Shown one piece after another: positions 19,101-28,369 of a stretch of DNA of 64,000 nucleotides. The notes under the pieces are model-generated. The model searched no databases and was not told the DNA's origin. It was given only the letters and a program-made list of their open reading frames with translations. Both the position numbers and the translations under genes were made by a program. Numbering within the stretch: the stretch's first letter is position 1; the number at the start of each line of letters is the position of its first letter. Source of the DNA: Planctomycetota bacterium (GTDB lineage Bacteria; Planctomycetota; B15-G4); contig JBBQUR010000003.1 in NCBI GenBank assembly GCA_038212275.1, positions 192,001 to 256,000 of the forward strand, in the 5' to 3' direction.

Positions 19101-21221
19101 CTGGGAGGGGAGACGCTCACGGGGACGTTCCATGCGGACGTGGCGCAGAGCGCCCTGGTGGCGAAGGCCGGACTCGCCTGCCGCGAACTGCAGGTCACGC
19201 TGCCCGCCGACGAGGCCGCGGGACGGCCGGTCACGACGCTCGCGCAGCGCGATCTTGCCGTGGATCTCGATGCGACGGCCGACCTGTCGCCAGGGCGCGA
19301 GAGCGTGACGCTGCGCACCGCGCGCTTCGCGAGCCGCACCGCCGAGGCCTCCGTCACCGGCACTCTCGGCGGCGTGCTGGCGCCGGAGAGCGCATCGGCG
19401 GACGTGGCCATCACGCTGCGCTCGGAGCTCGAGCGCGTCTTCGCGGATCTGGGCGCCTTGCTGCCGGCCGGCTGGTCCGGAAGCGGCGCGCTCGCGCTGG
19501 ATGGCACGCTGAAGGGCAGTGCGGGGCAGCTCGTGCTCAAGAGCGCGACGACGATCGACACGCTGTCGCTCACCGTCCCGCGCCCGCCGGCCGACACGGC
19601 CTCGGCGACGCCCGGCGCCGGTTCGGCTGCTGTCGCCGGCGCGGCCTCCGGCGCCGCGGCAGCGGGCGCGCCCGACGCGCCGCTCGTCATCACCGATCCG
19701 CACGTCGCCATCGACGTCGACGCGTCCGTCGCGACCGGCGCGATGGATGTGGATCTTGCACGCGTGCAGATCGCATCCACGTTCCTGTCGGGCAAACTGA
19801 CCGGCAAGCTGTTCGCGCTGAATTCCCCGACGCCGCGCGCCGAACAGCTCAAGGGTGATTTCACCTGGGTGCCGGATCGCGTCGGCGCGCTGCTCGGACC
19901 GATGCTCCCGGGTCGGGTCACGGGCGACGCGCCGCAACCGCTGCAGTTCACGCTGGACGGCCCGCTGCCCTCCGGCGACATGCCCGCGCTGCTCGCGGCG
20001 CTGAACGCCGGCGCGACCATCGGCCTCGGGAACTTCTCGATGCCGGGCCTCACCGCATCCGGCACGACGACGATGGACATGACGGGCGGCCGCGCACACG
20101 TGCTCGGCAAGCTCGTGCTCAACGAAGGCAGTGCGGATCTCGACGGCCTCTTCGACCTGCGGCCGGAGGGCACGGCCGCCGCGCCGCTCGGCACGCACCT
20201 GGACCTCAGCCTCAAGGGCATCAGGATCTCGCAGGAAATGGCGGACATCCTGGCGCGCGTCCACCCGCTGCTCGCGATGGGCGAAGGGCAGTCGGCAGGC
20301 GTGGTGTCGGGCGCGATCAGTGGCTCGCTGCGGCTCGACTGGCCCGCCGTGCTGCCGCTGCCCGCGGTGACTCCGACAAGCGCGAGCGCCGCAGCAACCC
20401 CCGCGACGGCAGCCGGAGCAGGCGCCGGTGCCGGCGGCGCAGGCGGCGCAGGCGGCGCGCACGCTGCGCCGGGCGCAGACCTGTTCGCCTCGCTGCCGCT
20501 CGAGAAACTCTCGGGCAACGCGACGCTGGACTTCGGCACGCTCAACCTCGCGAGTTCGCCGCTGCTCGGCGAGATGCTCGGCAATCTCGGCGTGTCCGGC
20601 ACGCAGCAGTTCACGCTCGCGCCGGTGAAGCTCGTCGTGAAGAACGGTCGCGTCGGCTACGCGGAGCCGTGGGGCTGGAACATCAAGGACTTCGCCACGA
20701 GCTTCAGCGGCTCGGTCGGCCTCGACCAGTCGCTCGATCTGGACTGGAGCGTGCCGATCACCGACGCGCTCGTCGCCAAGCACGGCTTCCTCAAGGAGCT
20801 CAAGGGACAGTCGCTCTCCATTCCGCTGCGAGGCAGCGTCGCCAAGCCCGACCTGCAGTGGACGGCCGCGCTGCAAGGCCTCGCCGAGCAGGCGCTGCAG
20901 TCGCAGCTGCAGTCCAAGCTCGGCGACAAGCTGGGACCGCTCGGCGGGCTGCTCGGTGGCAGCAAGCCGGCCCCCGGCGGCACGCCCGGCACGGACACTC
21001 CCGCAGCCGGCGACAAGGCGGCGGGCGACGAAAAGCCCGGCGAGGCGGCGCCGCCCGTCACCGCGGCCGACCTGCTCGCGCAGGCCGACGCGCTCTGGGA
21101 CAAGGGCGACAAGGAAGCAGCCAAGCCGCTCTACAAGCAGCTGAAGTCGGACTTCAAGCTGTCGCTCGAGTTTCAGCTCAACAAGAAGCGCATTGAGGAC
21201 CGAGCGAAGTGGAAGCCTTGA
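16158..21221 (+). CDS. AsmA/TamB-like large envelope protein (1687 aa)
   Basis: N-terminal TM anchor after RRRRW, DGRLNLAAL, repetitive amphipathic beta strands, and an AsmA-like C-terminus FSGSVGLDQSLDL..IPLRGSVAKP. Confidence 0.75.
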   Translation: MTRNHPTPGSTAADSPRREDRAGAGGRRRRWPFVVGGLVVLLIVIVLIAPIIAASVARGRIESAVADSLHATASVGDLSLSLGGHVQMRDFALADTEGQPVLTLADLDVQADVLGAISGKYRADVALRGVVLHVRQLADGRLNLAALPRTAPVGAADRTSDARGASRTRTGSGAEDTAGHAASGDGGDTLAGPLPDVGAHVLVENATVIVHAPDGRTTQLDKLNLKFDLPGLEQPATFALGAQLTGPAGPAGPFGAAGALRADGSVTLAHGGRIDPQQIAATLDYALENLALAALQPALDTAASGAVRDLRGTLAGSGHWTVQGLGLVNGKTEIRADGLHLQGGAADSPPLDLPSLVLAATASVDGEGSGVQLLELRAGDVLAVRWDGTTQRLATPGGSLSGKLAVDSRLGALLALLREPLGLKPGLDVGATLAIKSTVEAGFGAASLSSLALTSELTLKDVAARDERGQPLDLGELTSLAAALDGRMDLAAGRFELSRMTLKAGPVQASAHGSVSGLPVDGAAFDAGKLSVADSELLLDADLDRLAGTLGHFMDPGATSFGGTVHVKASASTTGRLVDVVSSVELAGLRLSVPRSAEEAAAGAVARSVGPLDLHFTQAERIDLSPGGAFELSSMTLRSTFAELDGSGKITEAFDEARRAGSIKLALRLKPGVASSQFAGLLDGALLDGQDVSVDTTLQVQASRMDVVATVRAPALTLRGGAAEAETLSLSGIALDSDLSFDALAQTLELKSLKLQAGPSHAADKELPGLTLTARGAWDGVRGTFDLPELALQSGVASGGGSLSVANLSQPDKGLAVQADVRFAGDVEPARALLAAFVPELAAARAAGSWDLTLKADTSGTLTHATPQLGLHGVTLDGYVSNGKALPLKDVELVLAADLSADTSSTGKATLTSLSLKAPGLTLKADGHASGYAQPVSLAALDAHAVVSPIPAGLQAGVQADFTLQPRELSERLAAFLGGLSLGGETLTGTFHADVAQSALVAKAGLACRELQVTLPADEAAGRPVTTLAQRDLAVDLDATADLSPGRESVTLRTARFASRTAEASVTGTLGGVLAPESASADVAITLRSELERVFADLGALLPAGWSGSGALALDGTLKGSAGQLVLKSATTIDTLSLTVPRPPADTASATPGAGSAAVAGAASGAAAAGAPDAPLVITDPHVAIDVDASVATGAMDVDLARVQIASTFLSGKLTGKLFALNSPTPRAEQLKGDFTWVPDRVGALLGPMLPGRVTGDAPQPLQFTLDGPLPSGDMPALLAALNAGATIGLGNFSMPGLTASGTTTMDMTGGRAHVLGKLVLNEGSADLDGLFDLRPEGTAAAPLGTHLDLSLKGIRISQEMADILARVHPLLAMGEGQSAGVVSGAISGSLRLDWPAVLPLPAVTPTSASAAATPATAAGAGAGAGGAGGAGGAHAAPGADLFASLPLEKLSGNATLDFGTLNLASSPLLGEMLGNLGVSGTQQFTLAPVKLVVKNGRVGYAEPWGWNIKDFATSFSGSVGLDQSLDLDWSVPITDALVAKHGFLKELKGQSLSIPLRGSVAKPDLQWTAALQGLAEQALQSQLQSKLGDKLGPLGGLLGGSKPAPGGTPGTDTPAAGDKAAGDEKPGEAAPPVTAADLLAQADALWDKGDKEAAKPLYKQLKSDFKLSLEFQLNKKRIEDRAKWKP

Positions 21222-21302
21222 GGGGCGGCTTTGTTTCGCGGTCGCGCCGGGGGGGCTGACCGCGTTGGGGCCGAGGCAGGGGTGAGTCGCATGGGGCGGG
21301 GG

Positions 21303-22084
21303 GTGCGCGGGGCGGGAGGATTGTCCGGCGCTGCGCCCCTGGGGCGACAGGACGCGTCACGGTTCCGGGAGCGGCGCCCTTCGCGCCGGACAAACCTCCC
21401 GTCCCGCGCTCGCCGAGGCAGGCTTTTCCGTGCCGGGCGAGGCGGTCAGCACTCCCGGCGCTTGCGCTTCACGACGCCGACACGCGCCGGCAGGGGTTGA
21501 ACGTTCGGACGGCGAGCGCGCCCGGCCGGTGTCTCGGGCGGAGCGGTGGCCCAGACGAATGACGGCGGTCCGCCGGAGCGTGAGCACTGCGAAGTCGCGT
21601 GCTGCCCAACTTCGAGTCGTTTCAGCTGACGCGTTCCGTCTCCGCCACGGCGTGACGCGTTCTCTGTGCCTGCCGCCCGTCATGTTCATCCCGCGCTGAG
21701 CAGCACTTGCTGGGAAGTACGCGTTGAGAGGCACGCGCTCGGCATCTCGTGCTGAGCGTCACGCGCCGAGCCTTGAACGCTTGCACGCTTGCACAGCGCG
21801 CAGCCGTGCATCGCGCCTTCCCCATCCCCGCTCAGACGATGCTTGACCGCATGGCGAGTCCATCACCACCTCATGGCGGAGAATGCGTTCCCCCAAAAGC
21901 CCACGCGTGAGGCGCAGCGAAGCGCCCGCCGGAAGCTGCCCCCCTCGCATGGCACGGAACCCCGTGCCTCGGCGTGTGCGCGGGACGGGAGGTTTGTCCG
22001 GCGCGAAGGGCGCCGCTCCCGGAACCGTGACGCGTCCCGTTGCCTCAGGGGCGCAGCGCCGGACAATCCTCCCGCCCCGCGCAC
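21303..22084. repeat. Element bounded by ~110-120 bp inverted repeats (21303-21420 and 21965-22084), each internally palindromic; REP/MITE-like
   Basis: GTGCGCGGGGCGGGAGGATTGTCCGGCGC...GCGCCGGACAAACCTCCCGTCCCGCGC recurs as a near-identical reverse complement. Confidence 0.85.
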
Positions 22085-22170
22085 TCAACGTCCCACGCGA
22101 CTGACGACCCCCTCGACTCGAAGGGGCAGCTCCCGGCCCAGCGAAGCCGCGCCCCGCTCGCGATCGCGCC

Positions 22171-23412
22171 TCAGCCTTTTGCCGCCACCCCGCGAGCCAG
22201 GGCGTCAACCAGCCGCGGCACGTCTCGCGCGGGCGTGCTGCACAGCGCGATGCGCACGGCGCCTGCGACCGGCACCACGAAGACGCCCAGGTCGCGCATC
22301 GTTGCCGCGGTGCGCTCGGGATCGGCAGCGAAGACCGTGACGAAGAAGCCGCCTTCGTAGCGCGGGTAGCGCAGGCCGGCGGCGCGCGCTGCGCTGTTGA
22401 AGGCGGAGACTCGTTCGTCGAGCAGAGTCCGCAGGCGGTCGCGCTCGATGTCGGCGACGGCGCACAGGGAGGGGGTCTCGAGCAGGTCGGTGATGGCGAG
22501 CATGCCGAGGTGATTGCAGTTGGACCAGGTGCCGCGGCACGAGAACGAGAGCGCGTTGAAGATCCGCGTGCGTGCGTCGACCTCCGGGTGCGCCGCGATG
22601 AGCGCCCCGACGCGCGCGCCGTACTGCGTGAAGGCCTTGGAGGCCGTCCATGCCACGAGCACCAGCGCCTCGCCGGCAAGCGACTGCACGTGCGCGATCC
22701 AGCCGTCCGAGCCGGCCGCGCCGAACTTCGCGTAGGCCAGGTCGATCAGCAGGCTGACGGGGCCGAGCTGCGCGGCGCGACGCACGGCGGCGGTGACGCC
22801 GGCCCAGTCGTGGTCGTCCAGCGTGTAGCCCGTCGGGTTGTTGCAGGGCGTGTTGAGCACCACGAGCGCGCGGCCCTGATGGCTCATGTGCCGCAGCAGC
22901 GCCTCCTCGAAGGAGACCGTGTCGAACTGCCCGGCCGCGTTGAACATCGGAAAGGTGTCGACGCGCCGACGCGTGTGCTGGGCAAGCGTCTTGTACGGGC
23001 CCCAGAAATAGCTGGCGGTGAGCAGCGCCTCCCCGGGCTCCAGGAAGTTGACGATGGCGTGGTGCAGCGCGCCGGTGCCGCCCGGCGTGGCGACGGCGAC
23101 GGATTGCGCGACGAGCGGCGAGGCGCCGAAGGTGTCGCGAATGACGGCCGCCAGGAAGCGCGCTTCGCCGGCGATGGGTGCATAGGCGGCACTGCGCTTG
23201 AACGGCACGCGCGTCAGCACGTCCTGCACGACGGGCATCACGGCCAGCGAGCCGTCGTCTTCCATGAGCGCGCCCAGCGTCGCGTTCAGCACGGACTCGC
23301 CGGCCGCGGCGCGCTTCATCGCCTCGGCGTTCAGCGAAAAGATGGGGTCGTCGCCCGGGCGCGCGGCGCAGTCGGGGATCAGGTGGCTCTTGCTGTCCGT
23401 GGTGGGTATCAC
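22171..23412 (-). CDS. PLP-dependent aminotransferase class I/II
   Basis: Motifs NATLG, TPGGTGAL, NTPCNNPTG, DLAY and ASKAFTQYGARVG. Confidence 0.88.
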   Translation of the reverse strand: MIPTTDSKSHLIPDCAARPGDDPIFSLNAEAMKRAAAGESVLNATLGALMEDDGSLAVMPVVQDVLTRVPFKRSAAYAPIAGEARFLAAVIRDTFGASPLVAQSVAVATPGGTGALHHAIVNFLEPGEALLTASYFWGPYKTLAQHTRRRVDTFPMFNAAGQFDTVSFEEALLRHMSHQGRALVVLNTPCNNPTGYTLDDHDWAGVTAAVRRAAQLGPVSLLIDLAYAKFGAAGSDGWIAHVQSLAGEALVLVAWTASKAFTQYGARVGALIAAHPEVDARTRIFNALSFSCRGTWSNCNHLGMLAITDLLETPSLCAVADIERDRLRTLLDERVSAFNSAARAAGLRYPRYEGGFFVTVFAADPERTAATMRDLGVFVVPVAGAVRIALCSTPARDVPRLVDALARGVAAKG

Positions 23413-23453
23413 GCGTGGCGGTCCTGAGCGAGGGGCGGGGATTGTACGGGCTG

Positions 23454-23600
23454 TCAGCCGGCGGCGCGCGGGTCATTGCCGGCATCATGCGGCGCGGCGC
23501 CGGCCGGTCGCCGGCGGGAGCGCACGAGCGTGACGCCCGCGGCCAGGCCTGCCAGCAGCGAAATCAGCGCGCCGGCGATGAACGAGTCGGGCTGGTAGCG
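23454..23600 (-). pseudogene. Orphan C-terminal fragment of a YfhO-family gene
   Basis: RYQPDSFIAGALISLLAG..VRSRRR parallels RYEPLWFRLGAAASAAG..ATRR at the end of the upstream gene, but lies in another frame with no start of its own. Confidence 0.55.
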
Positions 23601-23614
23601 GGCGTCGCGCTCGC

Positions 23615-26600
23615 TCAACGGCGCGTGGCGACCAGGGCAAGCAGCAGCAGCACGAGGGCGCCCGCCGCGCTGGCCGCTGCACCGAGCCGGAACCACAGCG
23701 GTTCGTAGCGGAAGACCACCGTGCGGTCGCCCGGCTCCAGCGCGACGCCGCGGAAGGCGACGTTGACGCGGGAGATGGGGCGTTCGGCGCCGTCCACGAA
23801 GGCCTTCCAGCCGGGAAAGAAGGTGTCGGCCAGCACGAGCGTGCAGGGGACGGCCGGCTGCACCGCGATGCTCACGCTGTCGGCGTGATCCGCGGTGATC
23901 ACGGCCGCGCCGGCCGTGCCGGCCGCGGCCGCGCACGGCACCCCGTCGGCCGCCACGATGGTGGTGGCGTGCGGAAAGTCCGGCGTGGCCAGCGCGTCCA
24001 GCGCGCGCTCGTCGTCGGCTTCGACCACGCGACCGGTCGTCAAGCGTGCGCGGGACAGGAAGTCCGGGTTCTGCACGAGCTCGAACGGCGCCCAGGCGGG
24101 AAGTTGGCGCGAGTCGCGGAAGGGGATGCGGGGCAGCTCGCCGGGCGCGTCGCTCCAGTTGGCGATGCAACGCACGCCCATGACGCCGAGCAGGCGCAGG
24201 TCGATGTCCGCGCGCGTCGGCAGGGCCTCGAGCGAGGAGACCCACGGCGCATGATCCGTGGCGCGCCGCAGCAGTTGTGCGGTGTGGAGCGGATGCAGGG
24301 CGTCGTAGCCGCGCACGTCACGCAGGCCGTACGCGACCGGGACTTCGGCCGGCATGTCGCCGGGCTGCATCGCGAAGAGTCGCGCATCGTCGCCGAGGCG
24401 GGACAGCGCCTCGAGCGCACCGGAGCGCGGATAGAAGGCCCACGCGGGCAGCAGCGGCAGCATGCCGGCGGTGAACAGCAGCAGGCTTGCGCCGCACGCG
24501 ACCATGAGCAGCGCGCGCGCGCCGAGGCGCACCGAGCCGCGCGCGTCGAGCAGCACCAGCAGCACGAGTGTCGACAGCACGAGCAGCGCAAGCTGTGCGT
24601 GCGCAGGCCCCGGCGCAGGCTGGGCCGGGAAGGGCAGGCTCCTTGCACCGGGGTCGTCGGGCGAGCGCAACGGCGTCGAGCGCAACGAGCGTCCGTCGCT
24701 CAGCGAGAGGCGCAGGCGCACGGCCGAGATCTCCGGTGGAAACGCGTCCGCGGGGACCACCGAGAGGAAGACGTGCAACGGCGTGCCATCGGCGGTGAGC
24801 CACGGAGTCGCCGGGTTGCCGTCGCGCAGCGCCGGCACGGTGAGCGCCTCGACGGAACGGTTGGCGCGCGAATAAAGCAGGCGCGCGCCGGTGATGCGGG
24901 CGGCGTCCGCGGTGCCGGCGGGTCCCGTCGGCGCCACGAACCACCCGGCGAAGGACTTCTGCGGACCCGGCAGTTGCTCGAGCGCCGCCGAGATCGGGCC
25001 GAGCAAGGCGTCGGGCAGCAGCGTGCGGACTTCGGCCGCGGGCAACGCGTGGACGATGAAGTCGTTGTCGCCGTCGGGAATGTTGGTGTTGTCGATGCGG
25101 CCGTCCGCCACGCCCCAGGCGAGTGCGCCCCACGCGCCGAGCAGGAGCGCGCCGAGCAGCAAGGCAAGGCGCAGGCGCAGGCGCAGCCTGGCCTTGCCGA
25201 GCGCATCGAGGCCGAAGCCCGCGAGCACGGCAGTGGCCAGCAGCGCCAGCAGCGAAAGGCGCGTGTTCTCGGCGAGGCGCAGTCCGGGCAGCAGGGAGAG
25301 CAGCTCCGTCAGGCCCGGAGCGCGAAAGAGCGCGAGCAGGCCCACGAGCAGCACGATGCCGGCCGCGCGCGTGACGCCGCGGCGGACATCCGTCGCAGCG
25401 CAAGCAGGAGTGGTCGCGCGGCAGCCGGCGAGCAGCCCGAAAAGGGCGAGCGGCAGCGCGGTTCCTGCGAAGGCTCCGTTGAGTTCCACGTAATTCACGG
25501 GGCCGAGCGCATTGTCCACGGGGCCGTACCAGTCGGGGCACAGCACCGCGATCCACGTGGGAGTCAGGCCGCTGCGCAACCCGGCGAGCAGGCCGACGAG
25601 CGTGGCGAGCAGCAGCCCCGTGGCGGAGAGCCACAGCCGGTGACTGCCGCGCGCGACGTGCCAGGCGCAGCTCAGCGCTACCGCGACCGCTGCCACGAAG
25701 CCCAGCGTCGAGGTGATGTCCATGGGGCGTCCGGCGTCGGCGCGCAGGTCGCGGAGGCGCAGGCCGTCGCTGTGCGCGATGTACTCGAGCAGCGGCAGGT
25801 TCTGGATCGCGCCGAGCAGCACGCCCAGTGCGAGCGCGCCGAGGAGCATGGCGATGCGTCGGCCGGCAGCGGGATGGCTCGACGCACTTCGCAGCGACCA
25901 GACGCGCGCGAGGCCGAGCGCAACGGCCGCGAGCTGACACTGGACGGTGGTCTCGGGATGACCGCCGAGGTGCTGCAGCCCCGCGACGAGGGCCAGTGCG
26001 GCCACGCGGCCTGCGCAGGGCGCGAACACCAGCCGGTCCACGCACAGCAGCAACCACGGCAGCAGCAGCGAGACAAGCGTGTGCGGGTGCTGCAGGAACA
26101 CGACCTGGAAGCCGCCGAAGCCGAAGACCAGTCCCGCGAGCAGCGCAGCAGGAAAGGTCAGTCGCAGATGGCGGGCGAGCAGGAAGGCCCCGAGTGCGCC
26201 CACGACCAGCGTGAACAGCGATTGCGCCGTGCCGAACCACGCCGGCGCGCCGAGCAGCACGCCGAGCAGGTGCGTCGGGAAGAAGAGTGCGGACTGTCCG
26301 TTGCCCACGAACGGCGCGCCGCACAGCGCGAGGCTCTTCCACAACGGAAGGCTTCCGTCCCGCGCGAGACTGTCGGCCGCGTAGCGCAACCACGGCGTGA
26401 ACTGGCTCACGTTGTCGGAGAGCAGGTTGATGCCGGGCGGCACGCGCGTGCGCAGCACCGTCGGGAAGGGGCCGTTCTGTGCCCAGAAGGCCGCCGGGGA
26501 CACGACGTCCTCTCCAAAAAGCGTTGACGGCACGAGCGACGCGCCGAGCACCAGATAAATGAGTGCGGCAACGGCCGCGAGGGCGAGGCCCGGTTGGCGC

Positions 26601-26635
26601 GAGGGGCGGGCCTTGCTGTCACCGGGCGGCTGCAT
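23615..26635 (-). CDS. YfhO-family multi-TM protein (GT-C-like glycosyltransferase)
   Basis: SLPLWKSLALCGAPF..GQSALFFP, many TM helices, DVRGYD and LVLADTFFPGWKAFVDG..RVNVAFRGV..RYEP. Confidence 0.82.
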   Translation of the reverse strand: MQPPGDSKARPSRQPGLALAAVAALIYLVLGASLVPSTLFGEDVVSPAAFWAQNGPFPTVLRTRVPPGINLLSDNVSQFTPWLRYAADSLARDGSLPLWKSLALCGAPFVGNGQSALFFPTHLLGVLLGAPAWFGTAQSLFTLVVGALGAFLLARHLRLTFPAALLAGLVFGFGGFQVVFLQHPHTLVSLLLPWLLLCVDRLVFAPCAGRVAALALVAGLQHLGGHPETTVQCQLAAVALGLARVWSLRSASSHPAAGRRIAMLLGALALGVLLGAIQNLPLLEYIAHSDGLRLRDLRADAGRPMDITSTLGFVAAVAVALSCAWHVARGSHRLWLSATGLLLATLVGLLAGLRSGLTPTWIAVLCPDWYGPVDNALGPVNYVELNGAFAGTALPLALFGLLAGCRATTPACAATDVRRGVTRAAGIVLLVGLLALFRAPGLTELLSLLPGLRLAENTRLSLLALLATAVLAGFGLDALGKARLRLRLRLALLLGALLLGAWGALAWGVADGRIDNTNIPDGDNDFIVHALPAAEVRTLLPDALLGPISAALEQLPGPQKSFAGWFVAPTGPAGTADAARITGARLLYSRANRSVEALTVPALRDGNPATPWLTADGTPLHVFLSVVPADAFPPEISAVRLRLSLSDGRSLRSTPLRSPDDPGARSLPFPAQPAPGPAHAQLALLVLSTLVLLVLLDARGSVRLGARALLMVACGASLLLFTAGMLPLLPAWAFYPRSGALEALSRLGDDARLFAMQPGDMPAEVPVAYGLRDVRGYDALHPLHTAQLLRRATDHAPWVSSLEALPTRADIDLRLLGVMGVRCIANWSDAPGELPRIPFRDSRQLPAWAPFELVQNPDFLSRARLTTGRVVEADDERALDALATPDFPHATTIVAADGVPCAAAAGTAGAAVITADHADSVSIAVQPAVPCTLVLADTFFPGWKAFVDGAERPISRVNVAFRGVALEPGDRTVVFRYEPLWFRLGAAASAAGALVLLLLALVATRR

Positions 26636-26794
26636 GCCCACATCACACCCTGAAGCGAGGCCGGTCTCCATGAGAGAACCCTCGCCCAGGACGCGGCGCG
26701 GCGCGGCCGGCGGCCGGTGGGCTCGCTCGGCCGGCGGGCGGCGGGCGCTCGGCCTGTGCGGTGGGCATGGCCGGCGCGGTGGGCATGGCCGGCA

Positions 26795-26870
26795 TGGAGC
26801 GGGCGACCGGGTTCGAACCGGCGACATTCAGCTTGGGAAGCTGACACTCTGCCAACTGAGTTACGCCCGC
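26795..26870 (-). tRNA. tRNA-Gly(CCC)
   Basis: GCGGGCGTAACTCAGTTGGCAGAGTGTCAGCTTCCCAAGCTGAATGTCGCCGGTTCGAACCCGGTCGCCCGCTCCA folds as a cloverleaf with encoded CCA. Confidence 0.96.
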
Positions 26871-26931
26871 TGCGTGTCGCGAAACCCGGGCCCTGGAAGG
26901 GCCGGGCGCCGCGTTCGTGGCACGGGGCGAC

Positions 26932-26960
26932 ACCATAGGCAGCGGCGCGGGGTGCGGCAA
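26932..26960 (-). promoter_or_regulatory. Putative sigma70 promoter of tRNA-Gly
   Basis: TTGCCG-N17-TATGGT on the minus strand, followed by a GC-rich discriminator. Confidence 0.5.
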
Positions 26961-27210
26961 GTGGTCGCCGCGCTGCAGGCATTCCGGTGACCGGCGCGGT
27001 GCGACATTCTCCAGCGGCGGCCGGGAAAAACCGGTCGCCGGGTGACGCGCTCGAGTGGCGGGAGAAGCCGGCGCCTCCCCGGAGCGGCTCGCGCCCGGCC
27101 CGGAATCTGCACGTGCGCAGGCTGGAATCGGCACGGGAGCGCGCGACCCGGTTGACCGGCGGCTCGGTCGGGAGCAGTCGGCAGGAGTCGGCTGCGGCCG
27201 GCTGCGCTCG

Positions 27211-27226
27211 CGGCACGGGTCTTGCA
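27211..27226 (+). promoter_or_regulatory. Putative sigma54 (-24/-12) promoter
   Basis: CGGCAC-GGGTC-TTGCA has the exact YGGCAC-N5-TTGCW spacing and lies ~70 bp before ATG 27296. Confidence 0.55.
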
Positions 27227-27295
27227 TCGGGGGGTGGTCTCCGGCGCGTCGGCGGGTGGGTCTGCGACGTGGCCCGACGGTCAGGGAGTCTGAAC

Positions 27296-28339
27296 ATGAG
27301 GGTCCAGGCGCAGGGCGAGCGCGTGTCACTTGTCTCCCGTTCGTGCGACCGCGAGGCGCCGCTGCCGCCAACATCTCCCTGCGCGCCGGGTGGGCTCTGG
27401 GTCGTCGTACTCGCCGCGGGTGAGGGCACGCGGCTCGCCTCGATCACCGCGGGAGCGGACGGCGTCGCAATTCCCAAGCAGTTCTGCTCCGTGGACGGCC
27501 GCCGCTCGCTGCTGCGCACCACGCTCGATCGCGCCGAGGGGCTTACGACGGACTCGCGCATCATGTCCGTCGTCGCGGCTCGGCACGCACGCTGGTGGCG
27601 CGACGAACTGGCGCACCTGCCTCCATCCAACGTGCTCGTGCAGCCGGCGTCGCGCGGCACCGCGGCGGGCGTGCTGCTGCCGGTGCTCTCCATCCTGCGC
27701 CGCGATCCGCGGGGGATGGTTGTCGTGCTGCCATCCGACCACCACGTGGCCGACGAAGCGGTGCTGCAGCACGAGCTGCTCGCGGCCGTGCGCAACAGCC
27801 GCGCGCACGACGGGCGCCCCGTGCTGCTTGGCATCGAGGCCGATGCTGCGGAGACCGGCTACGGCTGGATCGTCCCGGCGCGAGGAGCGCAGGGGCGCTG
27901 CGCACCTGTCGTGTCCTTCGTGGAGAAGCCGGGGCCGGAAGTCGCCGGCCGGCTGTGGCGCGAGGGGGCGCTCTGGAGCAGCTTCATGTTCACGGCCTCG
28001 GCCGAGTCGCTGGTGCACATGGTCGAGCGCACGCTGCCCGGCCTGCTGCGCGACTTCCGGCGCGCGATGGACAGGTCCGTGCGCCCTCACCGCTCCGACT
28101 GGCTGACCGATTTCTATGCGGATCTCCCGAGCCACGATTTCTCGCGTGATGTGCTGCAAGCCTGCGGCGGGGCGCATGTGCTCTCCGTGCCGCCCTGCGG
28201 CTGGTCGGACCTCGGAACGCCTGAGCGACTTGCGGCGGTGCCGGGCCTGCGCGGACCGCTCGTGGAACGCGCGCGTGCGTGGACGCGGCAATGCGCAAGT
28301 CATCCCGCGACGGTGGCCGCTCGACGTGACACACGCTAA
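27296..28339 (+). CDS. Mannose-1-phosphate guanylyltransferase-like nucleotidyltransferase without a cupin domain
   Basis: Motifs VLAAGEGTRL, PKQF, RGTA, LPSDH, GYGWI, FVEKP and WSDLGTP. Confidence 0.85.
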   Translation: MRVQAQGERVSLVSRSCDREAPLPPTSPCAPGGLWVVVLAAGEGTRLASITAGADGVAIPKQFCSVDGRRSLLRTTLDRAEGLTTDSRIMSVVAARHARWWRDELAHLPPSNVLVQPASRGTAAGVLLPVLSILRRDPRGMVVVLPSDHHVADEAVLQHELLAAVRNSRAHDGRPVLLGIEADAAETGYGWIVPARGAQGRCAPVVSFVEKPGPEVAGRLWREGALWSSFMFTASAESLVHMVERTLPGLLRDFRRAMDRSVRPHRSDWLTDFYADLPSHDFSRDVLQACGGAHVLSVPPCGWSDLGTPERLAAVPGLRGPLVERARAWTRQCASHPATVAARRDTR

Positions 28340-28369
28340 AGTGCGCGCCCGACTCGAGGGCGGCACGCC

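Noticed and set aside
23454..26870. tRNA-Gly-anchored integrative island
   Set aside because: No integrase, no duplicated tRNA 3' end, and no evident GC shift.
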